In this document: one piece after another, positions 17,408 through 25,335 of the stretch
Layout: each line of letters opens with the position of its first letter
Position numbering within the stretch: the stretch's first letter is position 1
Source of the DNA: a virus
Taxonomy: Duplodnaviria; Caudoviricetes
Reading direction: 5' to 3' (one strand)
DNA: 43,495 bases
IMG/VR virus record: IMGVR_UViG_3300011444_000006
Coordinates: 1 to 43,495 of that record
Program-made: the position numbers and the translations under genes
Notes under the pieces: model-generated
The model's database searches: none
The model's input: only the letters and a program-made list of their open reading frames with translations
What the model was told of the DNA's origin: nothing

Positions 17408-18988
17408 CTACGCCGCCATCCAGCCAAGGGAATCGTTAGAAGAGCGCACGCGGCGCTCCTGCGGGCGTTCAATATCCGTATCGCCTTCTTTCGGCCAGAC
17501 GAGCTTCAAATCCGGCTCGGCAATGCGCGCCAGGGCATCGAGCATGTCATCGTGCAGACCTACCGGGAAAGCAACGTATTCTTCCTCGATGAACGCCTGC
17601 ACCAGATTGACCACCACTTTTTCGTAACTGGTGACGTGCAGGCTCTCGGGCAGGTAGAAACGGCCTTCCTCGAAAATTGGCAGCAGCCGCCCGATGCGGT
17701 CCTCTTTTCCCGCCTTGCCCGCGACTTCGACAATCTCGAAGCGGTAGTTCTCGGATTCCTGCACGCTACGGATGTGCTCAATATCGGCCTGGAGGCCATA
17801 GCGCTCGTACCTTACCTGCTTCGGCTTCCACTTGCGGTGCATGACAAAGAGGCGGTTAGAGCGCTCGGTAAGGCTGAGTCTGTCCCGCACCATGTCCAGC
17901 GCGTAGTAATTGCCGTCCGATGCTAGCCCAACGCACCACATTGCGGTGTAGTCCGAGCCTTTCTTCTTGCTCGAAGCCGAATCCACCATAATGTACTTGT
18001 TCATGCGCTTGGCGGCGGATTCGGACACGCTCTTGTAGTGACGCAGCCATTCACGTCTGAAGCCGTGAAGCGCGTCTGCCTTCGGGTTGAGCAAAATCTG
18101 CGCGGAAAAAGTGTGCGGCCCCATGTCGCGGCGCTTTTGCTGAAGAATCTCCCGCGTCCACAGCACCGGCTCGCCACCCTCTGTGCCGTCAGAAGTCCCA
18201 GGGTACTCGCGCTTCACGAACGTTCCGCGTTCTACAACCGTCCGATAAGTGTCGTTGAAATGCCAACGGGTTCCGCAGGCTCGCTTGATGCCAGGAGTCG
18301 TACCGAGGTTGTAAGACCTCTCCATTTCAACCATCGTCTTGGCGATCATTTCCGGCGTCGTCACGCTTCCCGCCACTACAATATCGTCGTAGAGCAGCAC
18401 GCGAAAATGCTTGGAGGTCGGCTGCCCGTCCACAAGGCCCCAGGCTTCAATCGTCGCCTCATTCGGATTCGACTTTCTCCTGACGATGATGCCGTCATCC
18501 TCGCTCCATTTAGGCGCGGCCCTGGTGTCCGTTCCCCACAGCACGTCTGGAAAAGCAGCGTGCAGCACGGCGTTGGACTCGAATTCGCGCATGATCTGAC
18601 GCAGGAACGCCTTCGCTATAGGTCTTGTGTGGGAAAAAATGCCGAACGTCAGGTCCGGGTCGTTCAAGATGTTCTGGATCGTAAGACCGAAGGTGACGAT
18701 ACTGGATTTTCCGTGCTCGCGCGCCCACAGATCAAGCCGTCCGTCAGGGCCAGATTCCACCTCACGACAGCGGGCGTATAGCCACGGTTTGATAAGGTCT
18801 TTCCTGCCACATACACGAACAAGGAGATAGAACAGGTCTTGCTGAACAAGACCTCGTACAGTCTTGTAGAGTTGCTTCTGCTCCCTACCCTTCTTCTCGG
18901 CCGCATCCCAGAACAGCATCGCGTCCCGCATCGACACAGACGCCAGATGAGCCCCTACCGACTCTGGAAAGATGCGCTCAAGCTGCAT
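17408..18988 (-). CDS. terL: Terminase large subunit, 526 aa
   Basis: Walker A WAREHGKS, Walker B LLYDDIV, GTRWH, nuclease VDSAS...SDYTAM and HDDMLDALA. Confidence 0.93.
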   Translation of the reverse strand: MQLERIFPESVGAHLASVSMRDAMLFWDAAEKKGREQKQLYKTVRGLVQQDLFYLLVRVCGRKDLIKPWLYARCREVESGPDGRLDLWAREHGKSSIVTFGLTIQNILNDPDLTFGIFSHTRPIAKAFLRQIMREFESNAVLHAAFPDVLWGTDTRAAPKWSEDDGIIVRRKSNPNEATIEAWGLVDGQPTSKHFRVLLYDDIVVAGSVTTPEMIAKTMVEMERSYNLGTTPGIKRACGTRWHFNDTYRTVVERGTFVKREYPGTSDGTEGGEPVLWTREILQQKRRDMGPHTFSAQILLNPKADALHGFRREWLRHYKSVSESAAKRMNKYIMVDSASSKKKGSDYTAMWCVGLASDGNYYALDMVRDRLSLTERSNRLFVMHRKWKPKQVRYERYGLQADIEHIRSVQESENYRFEIVEVAGKAGKEDRIGRLLPIFEEGRFYLPESLHVTSYEKVVVNLVQAFIEEEYVAFPVGLHDDMLDALARIAEPDLKLVWPKEGDTDIERPQERRVRSSNDSLGWMAA

Positions 18989-18991
18989 AAA

Positions 18992-19189
18992 TCACGCAGG
19001 CGGCTCCGGAAAGTGCTGTTTCAGCCATCCAACCAGGCACTTGTCGTCATCAGGACCCGCCGCAGCGTCATCCATCACCGAAAAACTCAGCACGTTCGCA
19101 AACGACACCGGCCTGTCGTTCGGCAGGTAAGGTCGAACAATCCAGCCATTCGCCGAGCGCTCGATTACGACAGAGGCGTTCGCTTGCAT
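18992..19189 (-). CDS. Hypothetical protein, 65 aa
   Basis: Abuts terL. IERSANGWIV motif is seen in small phage proteins. Confidence 0.6.
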   Translation of the reverse strand: MQANASVVIERSANGWIVRPYLPNDRPVSFANVLSFSVMDDAAAGPDDDKCLVGWLKQHFPEPPA

Positions 19190-19223
19190 GTCAGTTTCCC
19201 ATCATTCGCGGACAATCGCGGAT

Positions 19224-19248
19224 AAAAAAAGGGCGCCCTAAAGCGCCC
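19224..19248 (-). terminator. Intrinsic terminator upstream of terL
   Basis: Minus strand GGGCGC-TTTAGG-GCGCCC-TTTTTTT. Confidence 0.8.
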
Positions 19249-19310
19249 GAAAACCCACGGTAAGCCAAAGGGAGGAGGAAAACCAGCCGGGGGAGAGTGG
19301 GGGAGGGGAT

Positions 19311-19514
19311 TCATGGCTGGAATCCAAACTTGCGCACCGGCACCGGTATCCGCCCGTTCGTCACCTCGGCTACCACCTCGCGAAGCTGCTCCACAGCGGA
19401 CTCGCCTTTAGTGGCTCCAGACAGGGGTGAAACACTCCCGCTGTTGCCGTGAATGTTCGCCGTCCAAACAACTTCTCCAACGTCGTCGTAGTCACCCGGT
19501 GGAGATCTGGTCAT
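19311..19514 (-). CDS. Hypothetical protein, 67 aa
   Basis: GAGGA RBS and an ATGA overlap with the upstream micro-ORF. Confidence 0.5.
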   Translation of the reverse strand: MTRSPPGDYDDVGEVVWTANIHGNSGSVSPLSGATKGESAVEQLREVVAEVTNGRIPVPVRKFGFQP

Positions 19515-19573
19515 GGCGTCCTCTTTGGTGGCTTCGTCGGATTCCCTGGCGGCGGCGGTTTCACACTGTTCAT
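19511..19573 (-). CDS. Micropeptide MNSVKPPPPGNPTKPPKRTP (20 aa)
   Basis: ATGA-coupled on both sides. Shares PTKPPKR with the upstream micro-ORF. Confidence 0.45.
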   Translation of the reverse strand: MNSVKPPPPGNPTKPPKRTP

Positions 19574-19629
19574 TTGTGCAGCATCCGCTTCGGCGGCTTC
19601 GTCGGCATCTTCCCGGGTTTTTTCTTCAC
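19570..19629 (-). CDS. Micropeptide MKKKPGKMPTKPPKRMLHK (19 aa)
   Basis: TAAGGAG SD 7 nt before the GTG. Its stop overlaps the next ATG. Confidence 0.5.
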   Translation of the reverse strand: MKKKPGKMPTKPPKRMLHK

Positions 19630-19665
19630 GGCGCGCTCCTTATAACCTGCGATTGTAATGCCGGC

Positions 19666-19708
19666 ACCCTACACCCTATTGACAGCAACAGTCAAATGTG
19701 GGCAGAAT
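19666..19708. promoter_or_regulatory. Overlapping divergent sigma70-like promoters around a TTGAC-N7-GTCAA palindrome
   Basis: Plus strand: TTGACA(19679)-18-CAGAAT. Minus strand: TTGACT(19695)-18-TAGGGT. Confidence 0.5.
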
Positions 19709-19786
19709 AGCGCCGTAGTTCCCTGCGTAGTACCCAGGCCCGACGGTGTTCGCGCGCCGCCGGGCCTTCACCGCGCGAAAGGTGAC

Positions 19787-19966
19787 ATGAAATTCGACCC
19801 CGACAAAGACCGCACCGTAACCGACGAGCAGCTCTACCGCTCCGCCCGCACGCACAACGCCGAAGGTCTCGCCAAGTTCTCGACCACGCTCAAATCTTGG
19901 CCGGCGGTGCCGCATCCTAGGCAGGCTGAATTAGACGCCAACAGAGCGCCTCCAATCCCTGATTGA
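19787..19966 (+). CDS. Counter-oriented hypothetical protein, 59 aa (MKFDPDKDRTVTDEQLYRSAR...)
   Basis: AAGGTG SD, own upstream promoter and leader hairpin, high GC3 in the 5' part. Confidence 0.5.
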   Translation: MKFDPDKDRTVTDEQLYRSARTHNAEGLAKFSTTLKSWPAVPHPRQAELDANRAPPIPD

Positions 19967-20152
19967 CACCTTCAATCAGGCAGTCGCAGGCAAGCCCGGC
20001 GGACAGCGGTTACATGGTAGCAGGGCCCCTGTCTCGCAGTAGTCGATGAACTCTAATGCCGCAAGGCGGATCACTCGCCGGTCACAGTCAGCCACCGGGG
20101 GCCATTTCTTTGGGGGGGAGGGGGCACAATTTCACTCTAAGGTGTTGCGCTT

Positions 20153-20692
20153 CTACGCCTCGCGCGCTTTTCTTCCTACAGACTTACGCTGATACCTGAA
20201 ATCCGCAGGCGCATCAACGTGCTTCCACGACTTGCGCAACTTGATCTCTGAAACCTGACTTTGCGAGATCCCGTAATCAGCAGCAATCTCCTTCTGCAAC
20301 CTCGTGTCGTACAAGATCGCCTTCACCTGATCTTCAGTTACCTTCGCCCAACCTGTCCCGGCACCCTTCGACTGCCGGCGCTTCCTCACCTTGTCCGCCA
20401 TGTTCTCAGTCTGATCACCTAAAAAAAGATGATCCGGATTCACGCAGGCAGGAACATCGCACCTGTGCAGAACGAACCTGTCTTCAGGTATCGGACTACG
20501 GTAAAGTATCCACGATACACGGTGCGCCAACTGTTCCCCAGGATAGGCGAACGCTCCGTACCCGCGCGCAGGAAATATCGCCCCAGTCCAAATCCAGCAT
20601 CCACTCTCAGGAATTCGTTCAAACTTCGCTTCGAACCTCGCGAGCTCCTGCTCAGGATTTCTTTTTTTTCTGCCGTCCAGAATGAATTTCAT
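20153..20692 (-). CDS. HNH homing endonuclease, 179 aa
   Basis: GCWIWTGA..GYG, AHRVSW, VLHRCDVPACVNPDHLFLGDQTENMAD, plus a C-terminal HTH. Confidence 0.92.
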   Translation of the reverse strand: MKFILDGRKKRNPEQELARFEAKFERIPESGCWIWTGAIFPARGYGAFAYPGEQLAHRVSWILYRSPIPEDRFVLHRCDVPACVNPDHLFLGDQTENMADKVRKRRQSKGAGTGWAKVTEDQVKAILYDTRLQKEIAADYGISQSQVSEIKLRKSWKHVDAPADFRYQRKSVGRKAREA

Positions 20693-20998
20693 GCGCTCTC
20701 CACTGTTATTTACCTTCCAGCAATAACTATATCAGATAAATAGACTCGCGCAGAAAAATTATTTACAAAAGATTGCGAGGCGCAAAATCGCAGAAAGGTA
20801 CAGGTGGGTGGGTCCCATCGGGGGTGGGGGCGTCGCCGGCCGCCAAGGGGTGCCAGCCCCCCTGGTCGAGGGCAGGCAAGGCAGGAGGGTTGCAGGCTCA
20901 GGAGACTGTCAAACCAGCTAAGGCGCAGTGCAGCAAGAGTAGGATATGGCAGGATTTACCGCAGACCTATATCGCGCAACATAATGCCCGATTGTTTA

Positions 20999-21418
20999 TC
21001 AATCCCCCTTTTCCGCCTCTGGCTCGCCTTGCTGCAGCGCGGGGATCAGGTCAGCAATTGAGGCGGCCAGCTGCTGATCCGCCTGGCCGACGTTGACCTG
21101 AATGTTGATCGTCGTGCCCTTCGTGCCCCATCGCTCGGGGAATTCGCGCTCACAGCGCCATCTGGCCTGACTGAGAAGTTCCCGCGCGCGAGCGACTGTT
21201 ACCGATTCGTCAGACTGCTCCATTTCCCTCTCACGCTGGTCTAAACGGCATTCTGCGCCTGTTTCACGTGCTTGTCGGTACTCTGGGTCGTTTGCGAGTT
21301 GTCTGCTGATGCCGGCGTGCGTAGCATAGCCTAGCGCACGGGCAATATCTGTTAGGCGCTCACCTTTTGCAACCTGCTCGATGATCTGTTCGCGGTACTG
21401 AATAGCCACAGCGGTCAT
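20999..21418 (-). CDS. terS: Terminase small subunit (Sf6 gp1-like), 139 aa
   Basis: N-terminal HTH IIEQVAKGERLTDIAR, then YRQARE, VARARE...RW...PERWG. Upstream of terL. Confidence 0.8.
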   Translation of the reverse strand: MTAVAIQYREQIIEQVAKGERLTDIARALGYATHAGISRQLANDPEYRQARETGAECRLDQREREMEQSDESVTVARARELLSQARWRCEREFPERWGTKGTTINIQVNVGQADQQLAASIADLIPALQQGEPEAEKGD

Positions 21419-21722
21419 GCTGCCGATTGTGCGCCTTGCCGAAGGAAAAAAAAAGAGGGTTGATGCGATTTAACATAAGACGGTGTTTGAAAATAGTGCC
21501 CTAGTGGATACAACGAGTTAGATTCGCTGGCACGGTTCTCTCAGGTATAGTAGTGAAGGGGTCGGAATCTGCCGATCAAGCGCCTCGGGGTCCATAAAGC
21601 CTCGGGGCGCTGTTGTTTATAATCTTAGACCACGTTTTTACGGAAATCAAGGGAAAGCGCCTGAAACGGCCTGCTGGCTTCCTGGTGGCTTGCTTAGTCC
21701 GCCAAACCCCTGAAAACGCGTC

Positions 21723-21932
21723 CTAGCCAAGTTTTGACCACTTGGCGGGCATTCCTGAAGGCTTTTGCTCCTCGACCCGCAGCCGTTCGAGTGCCCGGGC
21801 AAACTCAGCCGCGAACGCCTCAGCTTCCCAGGCCATCCGGATAGCTTCGGCGAAGTGCCGCGCTTCAGCGGCTTGGGTTGCGGCGCGGATGCAATTCGTC
21901 GCTTTCAGCGCCGGCTCGGCGAAGTTGATCAC
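21723..21932 (-). CDS. Hypothetical protein, 69 aa
   Basis: Co-oriented ORF at the end of the replication arm. Confidence 0.5.
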   Translation of the reverse strand: MINFAEPALKATNCIRAATQAAEARHFAEAIRMAWEAEAFAAEFARALERLRVEEQKPSGMPAKWSKLG

Positions 21933-21940
21933 GGCGCTGC

Positions 21941-22285
21941 CTACTGCTGCGTCGTTGCCTTCGTGATCTCACCCTGGTAGCCGATTTCATCGAACACGAG
22001 CTGAGTCTGTTCTGCCTTCCGCTTTTCATCCTCGAAATGATCCTTGTCGCCGCCGAGCGCCTTCACCAGCCGGCGCACGACCGACGCGACCAAGCCGGAC
22101 TTCTCCGCCGTGGCTTTAACGGCATCCTTCAGCTTCGCGTTGGCCTCGGCCGCCTTGATCGCGAGTTCGCCGAGTTCGCGCAGGGATTTCCTGAGCGGCT
22201 CGATCTTGATCACGCCGCCGTCTTCCTTATCCTTGTCTTTGCGGCCGCGGGCTTTGCTGATTACTGCGTCGGTTTGTGTGTCCAT
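21941..22285 (-). CDS. Putative GapR/DUF2312/T4 DsbA-like DNA-binding protein, 114 aa
   Basis: AGGAG RBS. LRKSLREL..L...AAEANAKLKDAVKA.AEKSGL..SVVRRLVK pattern. Confidence 0.45.
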   Translation of the reverse strand: MDTQTDAVISKARGRKDKDKEDGGVIKIEPLRKSLRELGELAIKAAEANAKLKDAVKATAEKSGLVASVVRRLVKALGGDKDHFEDEKRKAEQTQLVFDEIGYQGEITKATTQQ

Positions 22286-22312
22286 GGTGGTCTCCTGGGT
22301 TAGAACGTGGTC

Positions 22313-22918
22313 CTACAATAGAAACCCTCTCGACTGCATGAAATCGATTGGGTGTTTGGCGTGCTTGCTGAGATTGCACGTCGGGCAAAGCAATTGCATA
22401 TTCCAATCCTGATGCGCGCCTCCCAGCGCAACAGGCATCTTGTGATCCAGGTGAAACTTGCTACCCAGCGGCTTGTAGCAACAAGCGCATTTTCCCTGTT
22501 GCAGTCGGAACAGTTCCTTCACCAACCCCTTGGATAATGTTCCGCCGTTCTCTCGTTGCTTGGCCCGCCTGTTTTGGCAGCGAATACGTTTAGCGTCTGG
22601 GTGCTTTGCCTCCCATTCGGCAATCCACTGTTTCATTTTTTCGTGGTTCTCGGCTCGCCACTTGGCATTCTTCGCATTCACGGCTTGCGCGTTGTCTTTT
22701 TGCCATTGCGTGTTGTATGCCTTCGCTTTTGCTAGGTGGTTGGCGCGATATTTTGCGCTACGCGCTTTCTCCTTCTCGTGGTTCGCGACTTTTCGTTTCT
22801 TCTGGTCTGCCGCAGCGCGTTCTTTGTTGTCGATATACCATTTCGCGCAATAGGCTTTGTTGCACGCCATGCAGTTGCGCGTGTCAAATAACGCGCCGCA
22901 CTTACGGCATTTTTTCAA
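22313..22918 (-). CDS. HNH endonuclease, 201 aa
   Basis: N-terminal CxxC...CxxC, basic helical linker and C-terminal QQGKCACC...HLDHKMPVALGG...NMQLLCPTCNLSK. Confidence 0.9.
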   Translation of the reverse strand: MKKCRKCGALFDTRNCMACNKAYCAKWYIDNKERAAADQKKRKVANHEKEKARSAKYRANHLAKAKAYNTQWQKDNAQAVNAKNAKWRAENHEKMKQWIAEWEAKHPDAKRIRCQNRRAKQRENGGTLSKGLVKELFRLQQGKCACCYKPLGSKFHLDHKMPVALGGAHQDWNMQLLCPTCNLSKHAKHPIDFMQSRGFLL

Positions 22919-23412
22919 AACGGCACTCCTTCTTCGTTCGCAATCTCAAGCGGAATCTCTTCCTGCTGCGCTTGCATAGGTTCTACCTCGACTTCGCAGC
23001 GCGGGTTCGCTTTGTCCAACCCCCAGAAAATGTGTTTTTCGTGGATTTGCCGATCATTGACGATTACGCCTTTGGCGACCATGACGCGCTCACCCTCGGC
23101 GTGCACATATTCGCCATTCCCAATCTTGACGAGCTTTCCTTTTGTCCGTTTGAAGCGCGCCTGTAGGCAATCCAGAACAAGAGCCTCGTCCAAATCGGGG
23201 CGATTGCTGCTGTACCAGAGCCGCATCGTCACGCGCACCGGCCCGGTGAGCATCTGGCGCGCCTCTGGCGGGATCTGTAGCGAGGCGGTCTTCTCGTACT
23301 CGCGCGCCTTCTGCGATTTGATCAGCGCGGGCTTGCCGCCGAAGTGGACGAGCTGGCGCTGATTCTTCATCGAGACACACTCGCCGAGAATCGTGAACTT
23401 GATCACGCTCAC
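22915..23412 (-). CDS. rusA: RusA-family Holliday junction resolvase, 165 aa
   Basis: FTILGECVSMKN, GPVRV, RPDLD...LDCLQ, NDRQI..K and DKANPRCEVEV. Confidence 0.8.
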   Translation of the reverse strand: MSVIKFTILGECVSMKNQRQLVHFGGKPALIKSQKAREYEKTASLQIPPEARQMLTGPVRVTMRLWYSSNRPDLDEALVLDCLQARFKRTKGKLVKIGNGEYVHAEGERVMVAKGVIVNDRQIHEKHIFWGLDKANPRCEVEVEPMQAQQEEIPLEIANEEGVPF

Positions 23413-23612
23413 TCCTGCTCCCTCCAGCGCTCAACCTCCGCCGCACTCGCCGGACGCGCGCTCGCGACAGTGAATTCCAGCGGCGCCAACCACTCCTCCA
23501 CCATGCGCCCGTCCACCTTCACGCGACGGCTGCGCGGGTAGGAAACGAGTTGCGGATCCACCAGCACGCACGCGGAGCCGGTTGCCCAGGTGATGTCGAG
23601 GCGGTCGGTCAT
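23409..23612 (-). CDS. Hypothetical protein, 67 aa
   Basis: 4-bp overlaps with both neighbours. Confidence 0.6.
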   Translation of the reverse strand: MTDRLDITWATGSACVLVDPQLVSYPRSRRVKVDGRMVEEWLAPLEFTVASARPASAAEVERWREQE

Positions 23613-24202
23613 GCCTCGCCTTTTTTCGTCAGTTTCTTCGCCACTTGGTCAATCAACTTCGCGACTTCTGCGCTCGGTTCCTCCTGGTACGGCAGTAATC
23701 CGACAACATGCGAAGCGGTCAGTCGTCCTTTTTCAACCGCCTCCAACAACGGCGCTTCACGCCCTTCCTTGCTGTGTCCAAGGCTCGGAAACCAATGCAC
23801 CGGGATGGCGCTATCTCGCGCCTGCATGACAATGCCGCGATACGCTTCGAGGAAGGCCATGCGCGCGGCGACCTGATCGCGCTCGTCAAGCAACGGTTTG
23901 CAGATGCCCCACGCTTGCGCCATATCCTCGGTCATCACGACCGTAACCGCTTCGTCGCGCGGGATCATCGACCACGCTGTTTCAGGGCTCGGCCGACCAT
24001 CGTCCAGGCGCCCGATCACATCCTGCAACGTCAGCCGGCCGCGAACTTCCTTGCGACACCTCGTGAGCGCACCGAGAATCTGACCCTTCGGATATTTGGA
24101 AAGATCGTCTGCAAATACCCGCGTTGCCGCCTCGGATAACTGCGTCCCCGTCAGCTCAAAGGTGACCGCAATCGCCTGCAAAACTTCCTCGTCATGCGCC
24201 AT
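23609..24202 (-). CDS. Putative helicase loader (lambda P position), 197 aa
   Basis: Directly follows the initiator. RLTLQDVI..LDDGRPSPETAW and AARMAFLEAY motifs. Confidence 0.65.
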   Translation of the reverse strand: MAHDEEVLQAIAVTFELTGTQLSEAATRVFADDLSKYPKGQILGALTRCRKEVRGRLTLQDVIGRLDDGRPSPETAWSMIPRDEAVTVVMTEDMAQAWGICKPLLDERDQVAARMAFLEAYRGIVMQARDSAIPVHWFPSLGHSKEGREAPLLEAVEKGRLTASHVVGLLPYQEEPSAEVAKLIDQVAKKLTKKGEA

Positions 24203-25142
24203 TTTTCTTGGCCTCTCTTGACTCCGCAATCAGCTTGTTGAACACGTTCCCGATGGTTGCGGTTTGGTCGGCCTGGCGCGCCGCGGTTTCCGTACCGTGG
24301 CGATTCGTCACCCATTCCGTGTGCAGGCTCTCGCAGTCGCGCAGGAGTAAGTTGACAGGGTGGTTCGCCGACACGTAAAGCCCCCTATTGCTACCGACAA
24401 AGAACGCAGCGACACCAGGCGATTCTGCTTCTCCAATTCGCTCGACAAACTGCTTGATCTGGCTGTTGACCTTCGCGTTTCGCACAGGTTTTGCCCCATG
24501 CCTTTGCAGATAAGCCGTGCTGTAGGCTTCCCACGTTTCTCCTGTAGGCGGGGTTGGGTGTTCCTTGCCGTTGCCTTTTCCGTTTCCGCGTGCCGGTTTC
24601 GCGGCGGGCGCGTCAGCGACCGCAGGGGGTTGCTTTTGAAGGGAATCAGGAATCAGGAATCCGGAATCAGGAATCAAGGAAGAGGGATTCAAGGAAGAGG
24701 GATTCAGCCGGGCTGGGACGTGCCTTTCCTCGGCTGGCCTCGGGCTTGCCTCAGGCTTTTGTGGTGTTGCATCGGCATCAAGCCTAGGGCTTTCCCCTAG
24801 TTGCAAGTGGGGGTGAGCCTCAGGCTTTGGTATGATGGAAGGCGGCTCACGGTGGTGCGGATTCTGGTGTTTAAGGAACGCGCAGACTTCCAAATACCTG
24901 CTTCCAGCGGCCTCATATCGGTGTACAAAACCGGAAGTATGAAGCTCGTTGAGGCCCTTTTCGACGTTCACATCGTCCCCGGGGAATACCTCCATCTTGA
25001 TCCGCTTTGGACGATCTTCGAGCCGTCCTTCACGATCCGCCAGCATCCACAGTCCGATGAATAAAAGCCTGGTGCTGAAGGGAAGTTCTGCCAGATCCTC
25101 GTTCTTGAAAAATGACGGCTTGATATTCCTGGCGCGCGCCAC
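24192..25142 (-). CDS. Replication initiator (lambda O analogue), 316 aa
   Basis: N-terminal ARARNIKPSFF.NEDL...RLLFIGLWMLADREGR...FLKHQ domain. Internal iteron array. Confidence 0.85.
   Translation of the reverse strand: MARARNIKPSFFKNEDLAELPFSTRLLFIGLWMLADREGRLEDRPKRIKMEVFPGDDVNVEKGLNELHTSGFVHRYEAAGSRYLEVCAFLKHQNPHHREPPSIIPKPEAHPHLQLGESPRLDADATPQKPEASPRPAEERHVPARLNPSSLNPSSLIPDSGFLIPDSLQKQPPAVADAPAAKPARGNGKGNGKEHPTPPTGETWEAYSTAYLQRHGAKPVRNAKVNSQIKQFVERIGEAESPGVAAFFVGSNRGLYVSANHPVNLLLRDCESLHTEWVTNRHGTETAARQADQTATIGNVFNKLIAESREAKKNGA
24642..24706. repeat. Iteron-like array (probable replication origin)
   Basis: 5 x GGAATC(A/C) at 24642-24676, then 2 x AGGAAGAGGGATTCA at 24677-24706, inside the initiator linker. 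Confidence 0.75.
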
Positions 25143-25143
25143 C

Positions 25144-25335
25144 CTACACCCCACACTCTCGTTCTGCCTGCCTCGCCGCCCGCTGCCGCTCGAGCCTAGC
25201 GCAAGCCGCGGAGCAATGCCGGACGTGCTGGTTCCAGATAGGCGTGAACGGTCTCGAGCACAGCGCGCACAGTTGCGGCGGCTGATCCGGCCGGCGGCGG
25301 GCGGCGTTGCGAGTGGCGGGGGAGGGGGTGGTCAT
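25144..25335 (-). CDS. Small Cys-containing hypothetical protein, 63 aa
   Basis: CxxC..F...HCS.AC zinc-binding-like pattern and an ATGA overlap. Confidence 0.6.
   Translation of the reverse strand: MTTPSPATRNAARRRPDQPPQLCALCSRPFTPIWNQHVRHCSAACARLERQRAARQAERECGV

Noticed and set aside
24642-24706. CRISPR or mini-array
   Set aside because: Contiguous short tandem repeats without spacers, inside a CDS. No cas genes.
24702-24710. ATTCAGCCG shared between the iteron end and the ncRNA loop (36673-36681)
   Set aside because: A single 9-mer match is expected by chance in a genome of this size.
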